From: Azolla caroliniana
Lineage: Eukaryota > Plantae > Polypodiophyta
Assembly (NCBI GenBank): GCA_043228905.1
Contig: JBHGNT010000001.1
Location: 11,098,001-11,162,000 of the forward strand
DNA length: 64,000 nucleotides
Direction: 5' to 3'
In this document: positions 47,355 through 60,437 of the stretch, in pieces
Position numbering within the stretch: the first letter of the stretch is position 1
Layout: every line of letters starts with the position of its first letter
The notes under the pieces: generated by a model
Told to the model about the DNA's origin: nothing
Database searches by the model: none
Seen by the model: the letters and a program-made list of their open reading frames with translations, nothing else
Translations under genes and position numbers: made by a program

Positions 47355-47482
47355 GTATAAACTCATTTCCTTATAGAACATTTTTTTTTTGCTAGAACTC
47401 TTTAGCTTAAGTTCTATTTTAATTTTAATTTTACTTTCGATGAATGGGTAAATACCCCATTTTTATTGTAAACCAATTGTCT

Positions 47483-47517
47483 CATGGGCCAATTTTGGTC
47501 TTAGAAGACGTTAATAT

Positions 47518-47572
<55 letters not shown>

Positions 47573-47915
47573 TCTATGTTTGTTATCAAAACAAGATGAT
47601 AATAAAACCCTTGCTATCTCCACTACTTTATTAGTAATGATATGGCAAGGTAAACCCTGTCAATTGTTGTAATACTAGATGACATTACTCTACCTCATCT
47701 TGGGACAACGTCCCCATACAACATAGTTGCAAACAATGCCAAATCAACTTCCCTCCCTCCCTCCCTCTTTCTCACAACATTCATCGGTAAAGTTCTTGAA
47801 CATTGAGAGTCGTTACTCACTTTCACATGTATCACGTGAAATGTAATATTTTTGGTCTTAATACATCATATTTGACCTCCCAAGACGATAATAGAATCTA
47901 TCTATGTATCTCTCT
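47483..47915. mobile_element. Cluster of three truncated LINE ends (RTE tail +, L1 3' end -, second-family tail +)
   Basis: 47483-47567 matches the RTE tail followed by (CT)n. 47568-47752 matches 18383ff. 47775-47915 is the reverse complement of 17457-17580. Confidence 0.7.
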
Positions 47916-49079
47916 GAACGAGGAAACCACACACATCAAACATGTTAGATCGCATCTCATCATTTGCCATATGAACCATTGCGTCCAAGAACTCACATTC
48001 ACTATGATGTGAGATGAAGTGTTGGGACCCAAGTGATGCGAGTAGTCAATAATGCTTTTTACCTTGCCCTAAGAACATTTAGGAGTTTGAGTATCACAAT
48101 TTCATACAATGCTTTGCCCTTGATAAGTTTCGAACATGCTTTCTACACACCTTCAACCAAACATAGTCCTTGCATGAATTTCTCTCGATTATGACATTCA
48201 TTAGCAAAGGTCTTGAACATTGACGATCACTACTCATTTCACATGTATTAATTGAAAATGTTATATGTTTTGTTTCATAAGTCATATATCAAGATCTCTT
48301 AACATGATAATAAAATATATTTCTTGTGTTTGCAATAATGTATATATAAAACAACTCAATTCATGTGACCTAATTTTGTGCTCTCTCCCTCTATTAATTT
48401 GTTCTCTCAACATTCGCCTACATCACCTAATGCGCGCGTGTGTGTGTGCATTCCTAAGTGCTCTTTACCTTTTCTTCCCTGACACGTAACGACACACTGC
48501 TGTGTACTTGCATTCTCCTCCCTACATGGGTGCGATGTTTCTTTCTACTGCATGTGTGCACGTTGTGTGCTCCTCACTCTGCATCCGTTTCGTTCTTTTT
48601 CTTATTCTTTTCCGTTCCCATGAGCGTGCTTGGTGGAACGAGTTCCTCTATGGCGTGTGTGCTTTCAATAAACAAATAAATTATGGCCCTTCCTCATTTC
48701 AACATATATTCTATTCAAACTAAGTAAATATGTTGCCTTTTGAGCTTGAAATATAAGATGTGATGTGTTTCACTTTCTTGCTTTTAACTATTTGGAAACT
48801 CACAAGATGGGCGAAAGTGAAGACTACCCAAGGGCATTCAAGAGATAACGAGAATGATCGGGGGCATTTCAGGAAATAAAGAGAAAAGCCACATTTCCGG
48901 GCCATTTCAAGGGCATTTTCAGGGGTATTTCAGGAAGGGGGACTAGGCCTCCCGAGTCCCCCCCATCCCAACACACACACAGACACATACAACTTTCGTT
49001 GAGAGTTCGAGATGATCATTTATTTACATCTAATGAACATTATTTCATAAGAAGCGCAGCACCAGCCTCCGCTGCAGCT

Positions 49080-52000
49080 ATGGCGGTAAGAGCGGGTTTC
49101 CTCCTGTGCAGAAGAAGGAAGAATGTGGCCGCTCCATCCCTGTCGTCGGCAAAACGTTTCCTGTCTTGTGTCAGCCCTACCGTCTCCAGCAAAGAAGAGA
49201 AAATGGCATTGGACATGATCAGATATGCAAAATCGCTGAAACAAGATGGTATGCCGTCTTCATCTTCATCATTATCCCCATCTTCTTTTTTCTTCATCTA
49301 ATTCTTCATCATCTTCTTCTTCATGCAAATTTGTTGGATATTTCTTTCATCATCCTCATTATTTTCTTCTTCTTCTTAAAATTATTAACCTTTATCATCT
49401 TCATCTTTCTTCAAATTTATCTATCTTCACCATAATTCGTGTTCTTCATAAAATTTTCTGATTCTTCAAATTCTTCATTTTCATCGTCTTCAATTTCCTT
49501 ATCAGCCTCTTCTTCTTATTGTTCTTCAAATTATTCATCTTTGGTGTCTTTGCAGAACCTTCATATTCTGAGGCTGTGAGGGTGTTGGAGCAAGGTCTTT
49601 CTTTCTTTACTGGAGGTGGATTGCCTTCTTCCATGGCTTCTGGAAGACTGCAGCTCTGCTTAGCAACAATTCATGCCAACAGGTAGAACACATTCCAGTG
49701 CAAAATATACGTATGTGAATATGATATAATGCAAGTATGTATGCTGCGCCTGTCTGTGTGGTGTGTATGCATGTATACCATATATGTGTACATGCATATT
49801 TATAGTTGTAACATGTATTGCTTGAAGTATTTTTGGCATGTTGATTTTGGAACAATGTCTGCGGCTATGTGCATTTGTGCCATAATGCATTAGAGCAGTT
49901 TTATATTACAGGGAAACTAGGGCTTGCAAATATCTGCATTTGCGCCATATGCATTGTCACATTTGTATTCAAACACTGCAGCGTGTGTCTCATTGTTATA
50001 TAATATTTATCATGTAAGAAGCCAGCAGATGCTGAGTAAGATCTGCCACATACTTGTACATTTTATCATAAGGAATATTTTTACACACGCTAAATGATTG
50101 ATGGATTTTCAGGTCTAATTATGAAGCTGCTGCTGAATCTTTGCAGTATCTAATAAATACCAGTTCTATGCCCCTTGAAATCAAGGGTAAGTTTTGAATT
50201 TCAAAAAGGATGTTGGGGTTGACCGTGTCTTCTATCCATGCACCTTATTTTTTCTTTTACTAGTCTCTTCATAATCACTGGTTCAATACTGGGAAATGGA
50301 TAATTTTCACAGTTATCGAAATGGATTGCATAGTTTTTATTACCAAGGGGACGATGGTGCCTATTTTTTACGGCTGCAATATTTCCTTATTGAAGAAAAT
50401 GATGGACTAGATTCTCGAACTGGCCACCAGATGAGAGTCTGATGTTTCCCACATTTTTCTTGCACCTCTTTTAGTGTCTACATTTGTAGAGTATGTGTGG
50501 AAATAAATAAAAAATTCCACGAGCAAGACATGATGGTTTAGAACATGGAAATGATGAAATTAGGAAAATGGTAAATTTGGAGAATGTTACAAACATGCAA
50601 TAAAAATCTTTCTATGAAGGTTACTTGGTTATATCTAGAACATGGAAATGATGAAATTAGGAAAATGAAATTTGGAGAATGTTACAAACATGCAATGAAA
50701 ATCTTTCTATGAAGGTTACATGGTTATATTTAGAACATGGAAATGACGAAGGTGGCAAAATGATTTAGTTATGAACAATAAAAGTGTGCAAAAATTTTAT
50801 GCTTAAATAATGCTTCTCTTGTTTTGATTAACAATTTTCTTTTCAATTTGATAGGATCTGCAATGGAAGCTTTGGCTTGCTTATGTTTGCAGCTGCATCA
50901 GGTAAATCTATGACCTCTTTGACTTTATTTAATTCTTTTATATATCTTCAACATTTAAGGTATATATCTTTGGTCAGGACAATGAAGCATTGGTCCAAGC
51001 TGATCAGTTAATGAGTTTATTAGCAGATGAAGATGTCCATGCAGAGCAGCTGCAATCAATGAAATTTAATTCTTTAGCTTTGAAAAAATTAGTTGAACTG
51101 GCACTTGGATCTTCTGATATTGGTACGTTCAATAGCTGTTACCACTTTGTTCTGTGAAAACATACAGAAACACTAATCTAGTTTCTAGTAGAAGCTTAAA
51201 GAGAGAAAATAAGAAACTGGTAAAATATTTTCTAATGCCATTGAAGGCCAAAATTATCAGAAGGAAAAGATGTTCAATTTCAATCATAAACCTGCCGAAA
51301 TTTAAGCTACGAGAAAAAAAGTCAAGTATATTGCATAAAAATAGGTTGAAAGCTCCATTTACTATTGGCATAGGATTTTTTTTCCAAAACTAGATACATA
51401 AATTACATTAGCTCATAAGGGCTATATCTCAGGCTAATTAGCCTCATCATTCCTGAACCCTTTTTGCTTCAGTTGTTGTATCTTTTTTTGCCTGTCTATC
51501 TTGTCTCTGTGTTTTGTCGTTCCGAGGCCATATTACACTTCCAATGATGCGTGTCCAACATGACATCATCTTTATGAGGAAAGAAGAAAGTGACTGAGAC
51601 CCTGTGAGTGAGAAGTAGAAGTAAGGAGAAGAAGCATTATCACCAAAGGCTGAGTTGGGACACGTTGTAATCAATGAAGTCGTTGAAGATAAATAAGTGA
51701 ATGCTAGTAGTCCTATGAGCTGCTGGATAACAGTGGTAGTGAAGAATCTAGAGCTGATAAGAACGGTCAATCGAGCTTTTCTCAGAGGAAGATGCTACCA
51801 CTAGCTGATGAACTAAAGTTATGGAGGTGATATAATGTCTATTCTCTGTGAGATCCACCATTAAATATTGAGGAGCAGCCTATGTCATTGCGAGAACACC
51901 CCTCTATGCTAAAAACATCTCAGCTACGGTAGAGATCAAAGTGAAATGTCTATATACGTGCTAAGAAAACATATCTATTACTAAGATACCTAACTATCTC

Positions 52001-55000
52001 ATTAGAATTAACTAAAATCTTCTTATCTTGAATCTTAAAACTCAGGAAAAATGAACTCTAAATCCTAAAAAACCAAGAAAATCAGAAAACGTATCAGTTG
52101 AACTGAAATGTGTATCACAGAGATGCGAGAACTGGGAAAATGAAAGAAGAAGTTAGTATAAACTATCCAGTGTCAACTAAGATCTGCGGAATGACAAGAC
52201 CCATGATGCAGGTTAATTCTAGAAGGATCATTGCCTGTTCAACTCTCTTCCACATGGTAGCTGGCTCAGATGACTAAGCAAAGAATTCTGTGATGGCATC
52301 AGAACAAGGGATATGGCCATTTTAGTGTATACAATTGAAAGCCAAAGGGTAACTTGATTCAGGGTAGAGAAACCACCTAGCATATTCAATAAAATTAATT
52401 GGTTCCTGAACTTGTCAATTTTATAGTGGAATTGAGAAGAGTTTGGTAAAAGGAAGTAAGAAAATTATGATATGAACCAATAAAGGGCCCTTACAGAGGT
52501 TGTTAAAAGGTATAATAACATAACTAGGAGTCTGGTTAAGTAGAGATTTGACAGACAATAATTTCAAGATATGCTACAAGTCTCTTAGCTTAATATGGAT
52601 TTTGACCATTCCTAGGCTACAAGCTTTTTGGTCTGCAAGTGTGACTAACTTCCATGTTGTTACATCTCACTCGTACATCATTAGGTTTTATAGGGGTCTT
52701 GGTCTTGAAGAGATGCCCCATAAAGTTTGACAACATGAATAGGATGCGTCATCTCTTGCACACACCAATACCACTTGTCATTAGCACTCAGTGCTAGCTT
52801 TCAGTCATCACTGCTCAATGTAGGGTTTAAGGTGTAGGGGTTTTTTGGGGGTTTAGTGTTGAGGCTTCATCGATAATATTTTTTGCTAGCAAAATTTTAG
52901 CTCTAACAGAATTATAGATTCCCACTAACATTCTTAGAGTGGGTGAGGAGATGGTTATAGATTCCCATAAATACAATTGTTTCTAGCTCTAGCAGAATTC
53001 TGTACAACAAAGAATGGGTGGAGATAGAAGGAGGAAAGGAAAACAAGAAAGGAACGAAAGGGATCATATTCGCACATCAGCATGACAAGTCTATGGAATA
53101 TGGCCTCAGCGTCTTGCTTGTTGTAGGCCTCTCACACACCCCCTTGTGTTTCCTGACTTGAAGGTGAAAACTATGTTTGAATTCAATGGTCTGCCACCCT
53201 TCAAGCAAATTGACGGTTGTTTCTGGGGGCAAAAGTTGCTGATGAAGTTTCGTTATTTGGAACATTGTTTTACATCATAAGGGTAGTAATAAATGAGGGA
53301 GAACTCAATCATACAGAACTCATACATAGTCCCTATCACTTTTCCTTAGTCTGTGTGAACAAACAGATTCTTGTAGACTTGTCTATAATTTGTAATTTCA
53401 AATATAATTGGAGTAAATGTACACATTTATTTACTAATAGAGCTAACAAATTTCAACTTGTAGAATCGGAAGGCCTTTCTTCACTTGTGGACTTGGAAAA
53501 TGCATCAGGTATGTAGTCTCTCTCAAATTGCTCACTTTTTCATAAAATTTAGCAATTTGAGGACTTGGAAAATGCATCAGATGTTGATGTAAAAGATAAA
53601 GGTAATTACATACAACATTGATTAGTAAGTTTGTATGGTTGAATGGAGGCTGCCCCTCTGTCTTGAAGTTTCTTTGTGTTTAAGGACAGTTGTCACCACC
53701 ATAGATTGACACATGCGTGATATTCGTCATATTCTCCATGCGTGATATTCTCAATATTCGAGAATACAAAATGGCCCTAAGAATATTTAAAAACCATTCG
53801 TTTTGTAAAATAAATATACAAAAAATTAATTAATTAATTAATTTAAAAATAAATAAATTTAATTCACTAAAAAAAAGAACAATTATTCATTAATAAATTA
53901 TAAAAATATGATTAGTATAAACTCTCCTTTCTAGTGTCAAATAAAAAAAGAGGAGAGTTTATGAACCTTTATTTTATTTAAATAATTGATTTTTTTATTT
54001 TAAAAAAACGAATATTTTTATATTTACTATGAAAACATGATTAATGTGAAGTCTCAATTTTAATGTCAGGTAAAAATATCCATAAATTTTGGGAAAAGAA
54101 AAGGTGAAGAATTAATGAACCTTTCTTTTATTTTATTTATTTATTAAAAATAAAACGAAATTTTATTTAATTTAATTTATTTATTTAGTAAAGAATCAAG
54201 ATCTCCAATGAAAATTTATTACTGTCAAGTCTCTCTCAACTCTCTATTTTATTATCCCCTTTTTATTGTCAAGTCCCCCTTTTTTTCCTAAGAAACTAAA
54301 AGGAGGGAGTTCATCTCCTTTTTTTTCCTTTTTTTTTAAACGAATACTTGACCACACGAATGTATGCGTATTCGTTTGCATTCGAATGGAAAATCCCTCG
54401 AATGCGAATATGTCAATCTATGGTCACCACACATCTGGTCTGTCTGTATGTACACATAGACACATACACATGTATGTACACGTAGACATGTACATATGTA
54501 TGTATTTGTATGCATATGTATGTTTTGCATTTATATGGTGTATTTTAGAGCAACAATATACTGGAGTTTTTATTATTATAAAGATGCAGAGGTGATTTGT
54601 TTTCCATGGTCAAAGATTATCATTATTGAGTGATTCAGTAAGAGGTTATTTGTGAAGATTAAGATGTCATCGAAAGTTTGTTTTTCCTCAGCATGTTCAG
54701 AAATCATTATAAAATAATGTCTAATTGATAGCATAATAAATTCATAATCATTATTCAACTTGAATAACATAATATTTCAGGAGGTGCGGTCTTAGATATT
54801 GCAGAGTTGTCTCATGTACATGGTTCTTTATCGGCTGCAAAGCTTATGTATGAAAAAGCCATTAGCCTTTCGAAGAAGGAACTTGAAGAGAATGGGAAAT
54901 TTTTATCTGCCATTGCCACAACACCTGAGGCAGTTCATACTGGTGCTATAGCTGGCTTGGGTCAGCTCCTTATAAGTATGGGGTGAGTACTGGCCTCCAG

Positions 55001-58000
55001 AGAACGATAATTCTGATAGTTATCATAATTATCATCTCTCTCTGTAAGATTCACATGGATGTAACTTTTGGTCTAATAGGTCACTTCGGCCCTTTAGATG
55101 TTAGCATAATGTTTCTTTCTCTTTGGTTTGATATCATGGGGTATATGTTTTTTACAGATGTCAATACATCTTCTTTCTGTCTCCCCCCAATGGGCATGTT
55201 AACTAGTTGAAGAGGGCCATAATATTAATATACAATGAATTCTGTTGTTACATTAGCCACAACAAATGGAGACTTTGACATCTTCACCACTGCTCTGTGG
55301 GTCATTTGTGTGTATGTCTGTATAACTAGGAGAGCAGTTCCATTGTCTTACTAGTAGAGGCAACAATTTCATGTTTTTCCTGGTATAGGTTTTGAGGCTT
55401 TTGACACTGCATCAAACGCATTTGTTGAATTTTGTCTTGGTGTCATGCAGAACAAAATGTGATTGTTATATTCCACTGTGGATTTGCATTTAGGTTTCCT
55501 AGCTTTTCAGACTTTGGTTTGTAAAGCTTTAGAAGGAAAGGTGTTACTATCATGCAAGTGAGCGTTTATACATATACAAATACTCTTATATTTATCTATA
55601 CCTGTACACGTATTTCACATCACATTAATGATGAGCAAAAGAATAAGAGATTAAGGAGAATAATGGATTACGTCTTAACCACACTGACCACGCTCCAGTG
55701 AAGGATATGAGACACATAAAATACCATTGATGTCCCATACCACTGAATATTACCTTATGTTTTACCTTGGTTGTTGAATAACTGATCCGAAGAAAGAGCT
55801 TAGCCTCACCGATACTCTCGGCAACGTCTCAAGATGCTGTAAGAAGGGGGTATCTAGTCCTCCTTTATATACCTCAACACCTAAGGATCGTAGACCACCA
55901 CATCCCACATGTCATAGGTCCTTATGGGTTTGTTCCAGTTCCTAGGATAACCAACTTCCCAACTATCCTACTTTTAACCTATTAAAATTAGCTATTGAAT
56001 TGGTCCGTAAAGTTATGCCTATAACAACATGCATGTACTACATTAAATTATATTGTTCTTTGGAAATTCTATAGGGATTTTGAAGGAGCAGAATTTCAAC
56101 TTACTGAGGCATTAAAGCTAGCGGAAAAAACAAAAGGTAGCATGATAGAAGCTTCATTTAATTTCACAAGAACCAAGGATACCTATTTGGTTTTGCTTGT
56201 TTCTTCTGGAATGAAACTCATTTACCGCATTGAAATTTTCTCTCCACAGGTGAAAAGCACCCTCAGGTTGGGGCAATACTATCTTGTATCGGGAACCTAT
56301 ATCACCAAAGGGCAAAGGCTGAAGGGAGGAGTGAACTATTAATAACAGAAGTAAGTGAAACCCTTCTATATTGATGTTGATGTTGGTTATTAGATGCATC
56401 ATTGGTCTGAACTTTTACTTAATCATGACCTTATCTATGAGAAGCCAACTGGGAGCTATTTCACCTGCTATATCTTGTTTCAGAATTGGTGGTATCTATT
56501 ACATAGTGCATAATCCATAGATGTGATGATTGCAGGGTGTGTACAAAAGCGCACTTGATTTATTGAAAGCCCAGGCTCTTGACAGGGGTATGTGTTTGAT
56601 CTTTATTGCCAAGCATCTTCTTAATTTTGTGTACCCTTGGTAATATAATAAGAAAATGTTTTACAGAAATTGACAGAGGCGAACAATATACAGATATTGT
56701 TGCACTTACTAGAGGTAAATACTTAAAATCTTTCCATAACAATGCTTAATAGTCTTTATTATCCATGAGGTCCTACATTTTCAAGAGCACGAAATGGTCT
56801 TTACTGCAAAATCTTGATATAAATCAATTCATTATATTAGCATGGTTGTTTAAGACGGATTGTACAAACAACAGACAGTAAAGACAGTGATGACCTAAGC
56901 TTGTTTGACTATTTGATGGTCATCTTGCAAATCTCCTATCTATTTTATCTGCCCTGAACCTCAGCTCTGAAGTATGCTATTTCTCTGATTTTTTACCTTA
57001 GATTGTGGGGCAATTTCACCAGTTTTGAGCCTACTATACTTATGATGCAGATCTCCTATTTCTTTTCCCTGCCATCTTGATTGCAGCCTCATCACCCTTG
57101 TCACCAACAGATAAGGCCATTATCAACAGCTCTTCCCTTGCTTTGTGATCTCTCCATATTGGATTGGCTCATGTCAGATATCTTTTGAGGGCAAAAGTTT
57201 TCAGAGCTATAGCTACTTTTCTAACTAGATTCTTTAGTGCCTTATATTTGGTTATGTTTAATTTGGTTTGTTCTCGAAGATGAGACAACACTTTAAGACG
57301 TAATATCAGGTGCACAGATCCATCATCCTTGATGAATAGTATTGGTGCACTACCTGGGGACATGAGAACATGAAATGAACCCTTTACTGAGGTGTTAATT
57401 CAGGTATTTGTGAAGGTCCTTTAGATAAGATTCAGCAAGACCATGTATGGGACTGGACATTGTAGTCTTCCCCTGTTCTAGATTGATTAGACAGTCATAA
57501 TGGTGGTTTCAAAGCGATCTATGTCAAAGGGATCTAGTCCGGGAACCCATTGACCGCCGCGAGGATAACTACAATCTGGCATTCGATAGGGATCAGGGGA
57601 TATTATAGTTATTTAAGTACCTCGGTAAGCCTAGCGCTGCAATATGGCGAATACTAAATAGTGGGATTGAGGTCTGACCCAAATTACACAGAAGCGGCAA
57701 CTTCACGATGTTATGCCGGCTCCAATTTTAAGGTGCCACAAAGTGCTTTCATAGCTTTCAGCTAAGTGGCAGACCCAACACAACTAACGAGTAATCCTAC
57801 GTTAATAACGAGCCAAATTCCGCGATAGAGAGGTTCAGTTTCCGGGAAGATTTATCCATCTGTAATGAGAATGACATTGATAAGAGTATAAACAGAAACG
57901 TCTCCAGCTTATATTTCAATGACGAGTGAAGCAATCGAGCTACCTACACCAGTCTAGTCTAACCTTTTGGCGGCTCTTTCCGATGAAAAAAATCTTTTGC

Positions 58001-58958
58001 TGAAAACATTTGTGATACCTCAGTACTTCTCTTGAAGCTTGGCGCTCATGCAGCTTGGGCAAAAGGTAGTGTATCAATGAATGAAATCTTCAAGGTGGAA
58101 GGATGAGGATTTCCATAGCAGGGCAAGGCTCAACAAGTCAAGGTTCTGGCCATACAATATGGCTTGGAGAAAGCAGTATGAGAAGAAGCAGTGGATGCAA
58201 GAGAGGATTTGTCTGTGAAGGTGAGAATGCAGGTTCATTGATTCACACTAAGGCTGTGCTTCATTATCCATGAAAATTGAAGGATGCTGGGATGAGATCA
58301 CGACATTAAGAATTACCTCTTTGGTGTAGTCTCTACGACAGTCTCTATGCTATGTCACTAGAAGAGACAGGCCTATTGCCATTTCCTTTCTAGGATTGGG
58401 TGGGGTTTTGGGAAACAGGATTTCGTCCTTAGTGGTGAAGGCATATCAATGAAGTCGGAAATGGTACCATATTATACTGGTATGTAGATGAAGATGTTGC
58501 TGAAGATAACAAGACTAGTAGATCGAGGGAATGACTTGGACAGAGGTTAGAGTGTACCACGGCAGAGAGTTTTCCATGACAAAGCTGTCCACATGGGAGG
58601 TCGCAGTGCATTCCCCATATTTGAGGGCTATTCTAAACCAGTGCAATCTCTGCCTTATATCACACGTTTACTTTGGATTTTACTTTCTTTTTGTTGCTTC
58701 CATGGTCCAAGAAATGCAATAACACGTTTTTCTTTATATTTTTGCATGTACAAAGCTCGGTTAGGAGTGGCACTTGCACCATTGTTGAAGAGGCGCAGCG
58801 AAGTAGAAAAATTGAAATCCTCAGTTGAAACAATATGGGGTAATTCCCGACCACTTCCAGATTTTTTGTACCTGAAACACCTACTTGACAATAAACAGGA
58901 GACAACAGCTGGAAATACTGTTGTGGATGTTAGATTAGGAAGAGTGTTCTATAAATGA
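49080..58958 (+). CDS. SSR1: Mitochondrial TPR-like protein, At5g02130 (SSR1/NDP1)-like, ~424-431 aa
   Basis: Phase-consistent exons 49080-49248, 49556-49682, 50113-50186, 50855-50901, 50978-51122, 53464-53508, (53581-53601), 54781-54982, 56075-56136, 56250-56350, 56536-56587, 56667-56714, 58756-58958. Peptides MIRYA..SYSEAVRVLEQ, AMEALA, AKLMYEKAI, LGQL, LTEALK..GEKHPQVG, EGVYKSALDLLKA, DIVALTR, VVDVRLGRV. Arg-rich, acid-free N-terminus. Orthology assigned from memory. Confidence 0.88.
50539..50750 (+). repeat. ~96-bp tandem repeat (2.2 copies) in intron 3
   Basis: TAGAACATGGAAATGA at 50539, 50636 and 50731. Confidence 0.92.
53700..54422. mobile_element. hAT-type MITE (723 bp) in an SSR1-like intron
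   Basis: Perfect 12-bp TIR CATAGATTGACA/TGTCAATCTATG. 8-bp TSD GTCACCAC at 53692-53699 and 54423-54430. AT-rich core with subterminal ATTCG repeats. Confidence 0.92.
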
Positions 58959-60437
58959 TAACATGTAGCAATTTTGAATCTGTTCAAGAGTACAGTAAAC
59001 CATTGTACAGCCTCTTTTATTAAATCCAAGTTTGAGAGAACACTCAAATTTGAGTTTAATACATATACTTCGTTTAGTGTATGTATGTCTTTAATGGTTG
59101 GCTACTAGATTTTAGGTTCTTTCTTGTTCGTTCATGAGCATTTCAAACACATTCAAAACTTCGCCTTTCTCCGTAATATTAAATGTGATATAAACAATGA
59201 CTTTTCATCCATTTGTATCCTAAATATGCTTATACCTTATTTGCTTATACATTTCTATTGTAAGCTTGAGATGACGTCAAATGATGTAATTTTAAATTTT
59301 GTTGTCATTATTGAGAATAAAGACGAAATTGCTGGGCTTGTAATGTCATTCAAGTTTGGCATGGCCATGCGATAAATCATACCTTTTGTTCTCTCTATTG
59401 AGCCCTTAATGATATAAGGCACGCTGGTGACCAAGCATTTCAGTATGGAATTGCCCTTTGATATTATAGTTTGGTGGCCAATGAGTGGACTATAACAAAA
59501 CCCATCAAGATAACAATATCATGATTGTTCCTGATGATTAAAGGCCCTGTTGATGAAAGTGACAATGGTGTAGATGACTTCACATCTAACAAATGAATCA
59601 ATGATGGATCACAATTACAATTGTGATGTGAATATGAATTCATTGTAGCTGATGATTTAAGAGCCCCATTGAGAAAAGTAAGAATGGTGGATAATTTCAC
59701 AACAAATGCCTCAATGCCTTTGATCACAATTGTGGGGTCTGAATATGACTGCACCAAACATGGGAACAAGATGACTCTGCATACATAAAATTGTGTCAGT
59801 GATTTTAGGGGTCAACATAGAAAATCACATTGTGTTAGATGCAATTATTTGCACCAAGAGAAGCTCAAGTCAATAAAGAAATGTTAGTCTTACACCAAGA
59901 GAATCTCGAGTCGATAAAGAAATAGGTTATTTATGCTAAATGTCGTAGCAACCACAATTATAGAACAGGAGGTAGGGGTAACAGTCTTTCTGTGCTTATG
60001 AAAAGTGTGCCAGTCAAAACATGAATACCTTAGCAATAAATCTCCTTATATTCTTGAGCTTTCTCTTCTCCTCAAAATGTGACATTAAGACGCTCAAAAC
60101 ATGAGCATATTTACTGCAAAGCCTTGAATGATAACTAGTTCCATATGTATATAAATCTCCTACCAATTCCCATCAATTTGTAATTTTTCTTGTAGCTTCT
60201 ACATATTAGTACACAAATTTTCAGAAGTTAATCAAATACTACCCCCAACACCAACTTTTAAAATGAGACTGTATAGAAATGTTCTTCGAAGAACAGTAGA
60301 ACGCTTGTGTTTATACAGTACAAAATTAAACAGAATTACAAAACCGGCATGGAGTAGCTGTGCAAAAAAGCATAGCATAGTAATCCAAACAGAGATTTTC
60401 CCATTTCCATCTACAAAATCAAATGAACCGGTGTACA

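Noticed and set aside
51400-53250. Decayed TE (possibly LINE ORF1) in intron 5; similar material at 56800-58700 and 59300-60100
   Set aside because: No motif or boundary identifiable with confidence without a database search.
53553-53601. Longer version of the micro-exon using the AG at 53551-53552
   Set aside because: With the incoming phase-1 junction it reads GCA ATT TGA (stop); only the acceptor at 53580 keeps the frame.
55460-56029. Possible solo LTR in an SSR1-like intron
   Set aside because: LTR-like texture and a CAACA end, but no matching start with a TSD could be defined.
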